64,000 nt of DNA from Nitrososphaerota archaeon (GTDB lineage Archaea; Thermoproteota; Nitrososphaeria_A; Caldarchaeales; Calditenuaceae). The translations under genes were made by a program, and so were the position numbers. The stretch spans positions 896,001 through 960,000 of the forward strand of contig JBEPYO010000001.1 in assembly GCA_041641295.1 (NCBI GenBank). Direction: 5' to 3'. The notes below the pieces were generated by a model. It saw only the letters and a program-made list of their open reading frames with translations. It ran no database searches and was not told the DNA's origin. This document shows positions 19,074 through 26,556 of the stretch, in pieces (positions within the stretch are counted from its first letter, which is position 1; each line of letters opens with the position of its first letter).

Positions 19074-20257
19074 GATGTTACCCCCCTAAATTTAACAGAT
19101 GTTGTTTGACTAACAAAAACTCAGGATTGGCCACTGCGTCAAAAAGTGTAAATCGCAACGACGAGTTCATCGAACTCCTCGACGCCCTTAAAAGATACGG
19201 CCCACGAAACCTCTCACTCATCTCCATGCTGACAGGAATACCAAGGGAAACTGTCCGGTATAAAGTGAAGAAGCAGCTAAAGAACCTCGGATTCGAAATC
19301 CAGATGGTTCCCAATTTCTACAGAATGGGTCTCACAAGACTCTGCGCAAGACTATCATTCACCAAGAACGGATTGAAGATAGCGCGACACATCCTAGACG
19401 AGCTGGGCAGAAACTCATACCTCTCATACTACGGCAAAATAGCATTCAGCAACGACTACCTAGTCCTAATCAACCCTCCATCAAAATGGGCCAGTGTGTT
19501 CGGCGAACTCTTCAACAACCTTCAAGATGAGGGGGTAGTAGAGAGCTTCGAGATGAGCGAGATCAAAGAAGTCGGATACCCACACGTATCATACCGCCTC
19601 TTCGACTTCGAAAAAGGCACTTGGAAAATAGGTGAGGAAGGTGAACCAGCATACGAAGGAGTAGTCTCGATGCAAAAGGCATCTAGTGAAGAAGCGGCCA
19701 ACTACCTTCTGGATTCGACGGATCTAGCAATAATCACGGAGTTGCTGGGTGACGCATTTAGACCGCTTACAAAGATATCGCCGAGTATCGACCGCGACCC
19801 AAGACTACTAAGATACCACTTCCAAGAACATATAGTCAGGAAAGGTCTAATCGCAGGCTACGTATTAAATCGGTTCCCAAGCGGAAATGATGCTCCTAAT
19901 CTTTCTAGAATATGGGTCAAGATAGACGCGCTCCCTACTTCCAAGCTTTGTGATTTCTCAAAAGCAGTTGCTTCATCACCTTTCTGTAAATTTTATCAAG
20001 TCTTAGAGGACAACACGCTGCTCACATACTTGCTTATTGATCAGCAATTTTCATCAGCCATCAGACATCTCTCAAACATATTCACAGAATATGGCGTAAG
20101 AGGTGAGTCGTTCATAATAGAAGACTCTACGTCATTTACATTAACTAAAGAGCTGTTTAAGGATGGTTATGGTTGGTTAAAACCCTTCATAAATCTATCA
20201 TCAATACTAACAAGTAAAGGAATAGGACCAGTGGGGGTGGAGTCTAAGTCAACTTAG
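19055..20257 (+). CDS. Tandem Lrp/AsnC-like HTH transcriptional regulator
   Basis: HTH1 (LLDALKRYGPRNLSLIS..TGIPRETVRYKV) and HTH2 (LDSTDLAIITELLGDAFRPLTKIS...LLRYHF), each followed by an alpha/beta domain. True start is likely TTG 19106 or 19127. Confidence 0.7.
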   Translation: MWKTLYRCYPPKFNRCCLTNKNSGLATASKSVNRNDEFIELLDALKRYGPRNLSLISMLTGIPRETVRYKVKKQLKNLGFEIQMVPNFYRMGLTRLCARLSFTKNGLKIARHILDELGRNSYLSYYGKIAFSNDYLVLINPPSKWASVFGELFNNLQDEGVVESFEMSEIKEVGYPHVSYRLFDFEKGTWKIGEEGEPAYEGVVSMQKASSEEAANYLLDSTDLAIITELLGDAFRPLTKISPSIDRDPRLLRYHFQEHIVRKGLIAGYVLNRFPSGNDAPNLSRIWVKIDALPTSKLCDFSKAVASSPFCKFYQVLEDNTLLTYLLIDQQFSSAIRHLSNIFTEYGVRGESFIIEDSTSFTLTKELFKDGYGWLKPFINLSSILTSKGIGPVGVESKST

Positions 20258-20512
20258 AATGGATCTTTTCCAATTGGTGGGCCCTGCATCACTTAATCAC
20301 CTATGTGTAGCTGTCGGTGTATCGTTTATAAGCTTTTTCCTTTAAAACAATGATTTAGTTTTTTGTTTGGGAATTAGGAAAAGTTGGAGTCTGGGTTTAG
20401 GGGTGGTTTAGGCTTTCTGGGCGTGGTTTTTTCTTATATTTAAACTTATTTGGAGCCGGTTGGCCGTTGAATACTTTTATTGGTGTGCGTTGTGTTAGGC
20501 GGTTAGTCTGCG

Positions 20513-21706
20513 TTGCTGTCAATCAGGTTGACTGGTGGGCTTCCGCGGGACTTTTGGATCCTCTTACTCTCACTTTTCTTAATTAACATGTTTGGGCTTG
20601 GGTTTAGCCCGTTCATGGCCTATTTTCTCCGCGAGATTGGTGGGAGTGTTGGTGAGGTTGCCCTTGTCTTGGCGGTCTCGCGGGTTGCGTATACGTTGTT
20701 TCTCGTGGTTGGCGGGGTGGTTGGTGATTTTGTGGGTAGGCGGCTGCCCCTGGTAGTAGGGCCTATCGTCATCGGATTCTCATACATTGCGTTGTCGGGT
20801 GCCAAGTCTTGGAGTGATGCAGTAATTCCCCTAACCTTCTCGATGCTGCCTGTGGCCTTCACGGCTCCGGCAGTCTTCGCATACATAGCGGATGTGGTTG
20901 ATGAGTCGAGGTATGGTAGGGCGTATGGAGTCTACTTTGCAGTTATCAACCTAAGCGCAGTCCTAGGGTACCTCATAGTCGGCCACATGATTGAAGTGTT
21001 TGGATACGGTGTCAGCCTCATAGCGGTGGGTGTAGCATCGATCTTGACTGCGCTAATCAGGGTCTGGCTCAGAGAGCCTAGGAGGCAGCGTGTGGATCGC
21101 CCAGTTATGGCATATGTGAGAGAGGCCTATGGACAGTTGAGGCGCAGATTCATATCCCTGCTGATCCTGTCGCGTGGGCTTTACCTCGGGCTCGCATCCA
21201 TGATGAGTTCGGTCATAATTCCATTGTGGGCCAGGGAGATCGCCACGCTGGGCGAGGCCCAGCTCTCATTCATATTCGCCATAGAGGCGGCCATCTACTC
21301 CATACTTGCGCCAATAGGTGGTAGGCTAGTTGAGTCTCAGAGATGGTGGCTTCGACTCAGCCTACTCGAGCTTCTGATAAAGATCCCCGCCCTACTCATT
21401 CTTATCTCTGCTTCAACTTTTCTCCAGCTCCTCCTCGTCATGTTGCTGGACTCGGGGCTGGCCATATTTATCATACCTGCTCTTGACTCTCGCCTCTCTT
21501 CCGGTCTTGCAAGCATACACCGGGGCGCCATCTGGGGCCTACAACAGTCCATCACCTCGGCTGCCACAATCGCCCTCATACTGGTTGGCGGGTATGCGTG
21601 GGAGCTGTTAGGCCCCATGAGAACAGTCCTCATGTTCTTGGCCTATCCGGTAGGAATGATGCTGTTGATTCTTGCTTTGGCTAGGGCTGGCGGTGAGGGC
21701 CGGTAG
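20513..21706 (+). CDS. MFS transporter
   Basis: GGVVGDFVGRR motif A, AYIADVV...GRAYG, about 12 TM segments. Confidence 0.9.
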   Translation: MLSIRLTGGLPRDFWILLLSLFLINMFGLGFSPFMAYFLREIGGSVGEVALVLAVSRVAYTLFLVVGGVVGDFVGRRLPLVVGPIVIGFSYIALSGAKSWSDAVIPLTFSMLPVAFTAPAVFAYIADVVDESRYGRAYGVYFAVINLSAVLGYLIVGHMIEVFGYGVSLIAVGVASILTALIRVWLREPRRQRVDRPVMAYVREAYGQLRRRFISLLILSRGLYLGLASMMSSVIIPLWAREIATLGEAQLSFIFAIEAAIYSILAPIGGRLVESQRWWLRLSLLELLIKIPALLILISASTFLQLLLVMLLDSGLAIFIIPALDSRLSSGLASIHRGAIWGLQQSITSAATIALILVGGYAWELLGPMRTVLMFLAYPVGMMLLILALARAGGEGR

Positions 21707-21818
21707 TTTTTCCGGCTCGCTGAATCATCAGGCTAATTGTTTGTGAAAAGGATAATCAGTAAACAGTAAGCTAAATATCCCTTGGAGTCAGCCGGCAGAA
21801 TGGCGATTAACAGAAGAG

Positions 21819-22715
21819 GTGTATGCGTTGGGGCTTGATGTGAAAAGGCAGGAGGCCAGTCTTCTAGCAGGCGTTGACCCCGCCCTTCTAGCAGGCTTCA
21901 TTAGGCGTGTTCTCAACTACCTAGGTGTAACAGTTCTGAGGCCGAGTATCAACAATAGAAATGGTGGCAGCAGGATTGTCTATCCTCAGGCTGACGCGTT
22001 ATTCAGGACTAGCGGGGAGGAGACTGTCAGGATGCTTGAAGCCCTAACATCGATGGGGGTCTTTAGAAGGATGCTCTTGGAGGTTGTCAAGGTCTGCCCG
22101 AACTGTGGCTCACCCTCTATAGAGATGAGGGAAAAATGCCCCTCCTGTGGTGCAGAGACAACGATACAGTTCTTCGCGGGAGCTATGCCTGCCTGCCCCT
22201 CCTGCGGGGAGAGGCTGGACGGGTCAACGGCTCTAATGACTTGTAGGGGCTGTGGATCAAGCTTTACGCTCCAGAGCTGCAGGGATGTCCCGCTCTACAT
22301 GTATGTCCTAGCTAGCCCGTCTGAGGAGCAGCGGAGTGTTTTGGCCGAGTGGGCTGGGCGGGGCCGAAACTCTGAGAGCCTCTCCATAGAGATGGTCAAG
22401 GTTATTGACGCCTTTGCAGAGAGGCTGGACAAGATCCTAGACGAGTACTTCAAGGCGCGGCCGATGTATCAGGTGTCCCAAACCACATCTGTCCAGCCGC
22501 AGGGCGGAGTTACACAGATACAGCTGGCACCACACCTCGCAAAGACTTACCAAGTCGTGAGAAATAAGGGCAAAGTCACCGCCCTCGACGTCTCGATAGA
22601 GACCGGCCGATCTAGGCCCTTAGAGAGTGTATACTTGAACCAGCTCGTGGCTCTTGGATTGGTCGCGAAGCATAGGGTGGGTAGGAAGCTATACTTTACA
22701 CCGAAGGCGCAGTAG
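21819..22715 (+). CDS. TackOD1-like multi-CxxC metal-binding domain fused to a C-terminal winged HTH
   Basis: RIVYP...LEAL..MGVF.R followed by CPNC, CPSC, CPSC and CRGC; C-terminal HLAKTY...VTALDVS.ETGRSRPLESVYLNQLVALGLV.K.RVGRKLYF. Confidence 0.7.
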   Translation: MYALGLDVKRQEASLLAGVDPALLAGFIRRVLNYLGVTVLRPSINNRNGGSRIVYPQADALFRTSGEETVRMLEALTSMGVFRRMLLEVVKVCPNCGSPSIEMREKCPSCGAETTIQFFAGAMPACPSCGERLDGSTALMTCRGCGSSFTLQSCRDVPLYMYVLASPSEEQRSVLAEWAGRGRNSESLSIEMVKVIDAFAERLDKILDEYFKARPMYQVSQTTSVQPQGGVTQIQLAPHLAKTYQVVRNKGKVTALDVSIETGRSRPLESVYLNQLVALGLVAKHRVGRKLYFTPKAQ

Positions 22716-22757
22716 GGTTACAATTATAACGCGGGTTCTCCCGGACTCTACTAAGGA

Positions 22758-23408
22758 ATGCCTCGGCTTGGAGTAATCTTCGACCTCGATGGGACCCTGA
22801 TAAGGTTTCCTGAGCCTTGGATAAGGGAGGCTAGGATGGAGTTTCTAGACTGGCTTGTAAAGACTTTCCCGGTGGATGTCGAGGCTATAGATGAGCTTTC
22901 CATCCCGCAGATAATCGAGAAGGTCGCTAATGGTGACCGCTCGAGGTATAGGCATCTCCGCGAGGTTGCCAACTCGATATATGTTAGGCGGGAGATGGAG
23001 GCTGCTGAGAACGCGGCTGTCAGGGAGGGGGTTGTCGAGCTGTTGGAGGAGCTTAGAAGGATGGGCGTGTCGATGAGCATAGCAACCAACAATTGTAGGG
23101 ATGCTGCCATACTCTCGCTGGACACAGCCGGCATAAGGGAGTACTTCGACTGCGTGGTGAGTAGGAGTGATGTGGAGGAGATGAAGCCGAGCCCCGAGAT
23201 GCTGGTGAAGGCCGCATATGCTACCAACACCCCGCTGAGCATGGGGATGCATGTCGGAGACTCTGTCGTCGACGTCCTAGCCGCCCGCTCCATAGGTATG
23301 ATGGCCATATCCGTCATGGGGGGCGTCCACAGCCTTGAGAAACTACTATCATCCAAGCCACACTTCATCATAGAGCGGCCAATCCAGCTTCTCGAGATAC
23401 TGAGATAG
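22758..23408 (+). CDS. HAD-superfamily phosphatase (phosphoglycolate phosphatase-like)
   Basis: FDLDGTL, ATNN, KPSPE and VGDS..DV. Confidence 0.9.
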   Translation: MPRLGVIFDLDGTLIRFPEPWIREARMEFLDWLVKTFPVDVEAIDELSIPQIIEKVANGDRSRYRHLREVANSIYVRREMEAAENAAVREGVVELLEELRRMGVSMSIATNNCRDAAILSLDTAGIREYFDCVVSRSDVEEMKPSPEMLVKAAYATNTPLSMGMHVGDSVVDVLAARSIGMMAISVMGGVHSLEKLLSSKPHFIIERPIQLLEILR

Positions 23409-23447
23409 GCCCAGCCTATAAGCCACCTCTACCGCCGGTATCGTGGG

Positions 23448-24827
23448 TTGGCGGCAGGGCATTCTATCGTCAAGAACTTGGCTGAGCTGGAGGACCTATT
23501 CAGGGGTAGGGAGAAAGCTCTCGCTGACCTGCTCAGAGTGATAGAGTCTGCCCTAGCTGCAGTCGAGCCTAGGAGGCTGATCCGGCGAAAGGTGAGGGTG
23601 AGGGGAGATGAGCTGATTGTTGGTGGAGAGTCTCTACGCCTAGACGGGTTTAGGGAGGTGTGGGTGGTCTCTGTGGGTAAGGCTGCCCCACTTATGGCGC
23701 GGGGAATGCTTGACGTCTTGGACAGGCCTGTTGGAAAATGTATCGTGATAGCTCCGGCCGGGTCTGACACATCGATCATCGAGGACGATGCGGAGGTTCA
23801 CCTAGCCTCACATCCTATACCGGACGAGTCGGGGCTAAGGGCCACGGCCCGGCTCCTCGAAGAGCTGCGCAAAGCATCCCGCGACACGCTGATAATCCTC
23901 CTGCTCTCGGGAGGGTCGTCAGCCCTCCTCCCCGCACCCGCAGCCGGACTCACACTAGAGGATGAGGCCGAGGTCTCTAGGCGTCTCATGAATGCTGGGG
24001 CCACGATTGAGGAATTGAACATCGTGAGGAAGCACATATCGTCTATCAAGGGCGGGCAGCTTGCCAAGGCGATGATGCTCGCAAGGGTGCTTTGCCTCAT
24101 ACTCTCGGACGTCCCCGGCGACAGGCTTGACGTGGTGGGCTCGGGCCCAACCCTCCCAGACCCCTCGACCTTCAGGGACGCCTACAACGTCCTAGTCCGG
24201 AGAAATGTCTGGAAAGACGCGCCGCCGAGGGTTAGGGAGAGGATTGAGGCGGGGATGACGGGTGCTATTGATGAGACACCTAAGCCCGGAGACCCTGTCT
24301 TCCAGCGGGTCACCAACATCTTGATAGGCGGTGTGGGGGATGCCTGTGAGGCTGCTGCCCAGGCGGCTAGAGAGATGGGGTATGATGCCGTGATACTTTC
24401 GCGGAGTTTTGAGGGTGAGGCATCATCACTGGGTCTACTCTTAGGTTCTGTGGCGCTGGAGCTTGGGGGGAGGCCCGGAACCCTCTATGTTCTCGGAGGG
24501 GAGTCGACTGTGAGGGTTAGGGGAGGTGGCGTTGGTGGTAGGAACCAGGAGCTAGCGCTGGCCGCCCTCACCAAGCTGAGGAGAGATAGTAGATGCGTGT
24601 TGGCCTCGGTTGGGACTGACGGTGTGGACGGGCCCACAGACGCCGCAGGCGCGGTCGCCTGCTCCGAGCAAGTGGCGAGGGCGGAGAGCCTCGGACTAGA
24701 CCCCCGAGACTACCTAGGAAGGAACGACTCCTACACATTCTTCAAAAAAGTCGGAGGCCACATAGTCACAGGCCCCACGGGAACAAACGTAGGCGACATA
24801 GTGCTGGTTCTATCGCCCAAGGATTGA
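23448..24827 (+). CDS. gck: Glycerate 2-kinase (MOFRL family)
   Basis: GKAA..MA, SHPIPD, LSGGSSAL, RKHISSIKGGQL, SDVPGD, GSGPT, GGE.TV, GGRNQE, TDGVDGPT and TGPTGTNVGD. Confidence 0.92.
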   Translation: MAAGHSIVKNLAELEDLFRGREKALADLLRVIESALAAVEPRRLIRRKVRVRGDELIVGGESLRLDGFREVWVVSVGKAAPLMARGMLDVLDRPVGKCIVIAPAGSDTSIIEDDAEVHLASHPIPDESGLRATARLLEELRKASRDTLIILLLSGGSSALLPAPAAGLTLEDEAEVSRRLMNAGATIEELNIVRKHISSIKGGQLAKAMMLARVLCLILSDVPGDRLDVVGSGPTLPDPSTFRDAYNVLVRRNVWKDAPPRVRERIEAGMTGAIDETPKPGDPVFQRVTNILIGGVGDACEAAAQAAREMGYDAVILSRSFEGEASSLGLLLGSVALELGGRPGTLYVLGGESTVRVRGGGVGGRNQELALAALTKLRRDSRCVLASVGTDGVDGPTDAAGAVACSEQVARAESLGLDPRDYLGRNDSYTFFKKVGGHIVTGPTGTNVGDIVLVLSPKD

Positions 24828-24862
24828 ACAAGTTTAATAGGCCCGGGAAAAATCAGCAGTCG

Positions 24863-25429
24863 ATGCATCACCATCATGCCCACGGACACGCGCCGGCAGG
24901 ATTGACAGGCTCCCTCATCGCGGATCATGAGACAATTCTCACAGCCCTTGAAAGGCTTGAGCTGAGGCTCGGCGATATGAAGAGAAGAGGGGTGGTTGAT
25001 GTTGAGACTGTTAACAAGTTTCTCGTCTTCGCCCGGTCCTTCATTGATAGGTGTCATCACGGGAAGGAGGAGAGGTGTCTCTTCCCCTGCCTCGAGAGGA
25101 GGGGGATTCCGCGAGAGGGTGGGCCGATAGGAGTCATGCTCTATGAGCACGAGCTGGGGCGTAAACTAGTGAGAGAGCTGGACGGGCTCTTGAAGTCTTA
25201 TAGCGAGGGGAAGACGGGTCCAGAAGCCGTTTTCAACAAATGCGAGGAGTATATCCAGCTCCTCAGGCAACACATAGCGAAGGAGAACAATGTTCTGTTT
25301 CCAGCCGGCGAATCTGTAGCGGAGAGTGAGGATGTCAGAGAGGTTACTGAGTGCTATGAGGCGATCGAGGGAAAAGAGGTTGGGCATGAGGTCCACGAGG
25401 AGCTGGAGAGGCTAGCCAAAGAACTCTAA
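24863..25429 (+). CDS. Hemerythrin HHE domain protein with a His-rich N-terminus
   Basis: DRCHHGKEE..LFP, GGPIGVMLYEHE.GR and HIAKENNVLFP. ATG 24863 (MHHHHAHGH) lies about 25 nt below TTTAATA. Confidence 0.88.
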   Translation: MHHHHAHGHAPAGLTGSLIADHETILTALERLELRLGDMKRRGVVDVETVNKFLVFARSFIDRCHHGKEERCLFPCLERRGIPREGGPIGVMLYEHELGRKLVRELDGLLKSYSEGKTGPEAVFNKCEEYIQLLRQHIAKENNVLFPAGESVAESEDVREVTECYEAIEGKEVGHEVHEELERLAKEL

Positions 25430-25624
25430 AAACCCTAGGGACTTTCACCAGACTTGGGTTAGGTGATACGCTGTTAAACCTCCATCCATCAACAGCAAGT
25501 CCTGATGAATGGTAGAGAAGTCTTTAAGAATCGGTCTGTAGGACACTGAAAGGCGTGGCATAGTGGGCCGTATTAAATTTATTTATGGATGCTGGTTGAA
25601 TAGAGGGAGTGCTGGTAGGCCTTC

Positions 25625-26257
25625 ATGGTGTCGCAGGCTCGAGTAGCTGGGTCTATTATTGCGGCCTTCGGTGGGGCTGTCCTCGCCCCACTGTTAGTGT
25701 ATCTTGGCATCAGCGTGCCCTTCCCGGCTACTGCTCTAGGGCTGGTGGTTGCGGCCCTTGTCCCGGCGATACTCTGCAGGTCGTTCACAACCGCCTCAAT
25801 AGCCTCTATAGCCGGTATCCTAGCGGGCCTGATAGTCTGGCTTACCCTCATTTATAACCCGGTTATTGACGCCCTCGTAGGCGCAGTTGCGGGAAGCCTG
25901 CTCGTAGACCCCACACTGGCCTACATCCTCCTCCTAGCCGCCATGGCCCCCCTCTCAGGTGTTTTGGGCCTCGCCCTCTCACCGCGCGGTGAGGTGATAA
26001 AGGCTACCTTGGAGCGGGGTCCCGAGGAGGCGGCCGCAGCAGAGACGCCAGCCGAGGCGGAAGGTGGTGAGAAGGTGGCGGGAGGCGAGGCCGAGACCGT
26101 GGTAACAACTCGCGAAGAAGCGCCTGCAGAAGCGGCTGAGGTTGAGGCCCCCGCTGCTGGCGAGGAGGTGGTTTATGTCAAGTGTATACACTGTGGCGAG
26201 CCTGTTCCAGAGGAGGCGGTCTACTGCCCCCACTGTGGCAAAAGGGTTAAGACGTGA
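25625..26257 (+). CDS. Membrane protein (about 4 TM) with an acidic Ala/Glu linker and C-terminal zinc ribbon
   Basis: Hydrophobic N-terminal half; C-terminal CIHCG...YCPHCG. Confidence 0.8.
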   Translation: MVSQARVAGSIIAAFGGAVLAPLLVYLGISVPFPATALGLVVAALVPAILCRSFTTASIASIAGILAGLIVWLTLIYNPVIDALVGAVAGSLLVDPTLAYILLLAAMAPLSGVLGLALSPRGEVIKATLERGPEEAAAAETPAEAEGGEKVAGGEAETVVTTREEAPAEAAEVEAPAAGEEVVYVKCIHCGEPVPEEAVYCPHCGKRVKT

Positions 26258-26265
26258 GCATCACG

Positions 26266-26499
26266 CTAAGAGGGTTTACGCCTCTGTTGGAGGAGCGCTA
26301 CACCCATCCAAGCTATGAAGACCACCATCCCCGAGACCGAGGCCAGGACTAGGAGCCTAACGTGCAGGGGCCTCCACACCTCACTCGGCGGCTCGAAAAA
26401 GATTAAGAGGTAGGCCACCGCCAGCGCTAGGGCCAGCCCTATCAGCGAGTATCCGACAATGCCCAGCATCCTTCCCTCCCCGGCCAACCCCTCTAACAC
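26266..26499 (-). CDS. Small two-TM membrane protein
   Basis: Two hydrophobic segments and a basic tail; fills the gap between neighbouring genes. Confidence 0.55.
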   Translation of the reverse strand: MLEGLAGEGRMLGIVGYSLIGLALALAVAYLLIFFEPPSEVWRPLHVRLLVLASVSGMVVFIAWMGVALLQQRRKPS

Positions 26500-26556
26500 A
26501 ATCTCCCAAGCTAGGTATTACGAATAGGTTATGAGTCTGGACGTGGCGGATAGTGT

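Noticed and set aside
25502-25552. Hammerhead ribozyme (CTGATGA...GAAA)
   Set aside because: The bases after CTGATGA do not pair with those before GAAA to form stem II, and no stem I/III arrangement was found.
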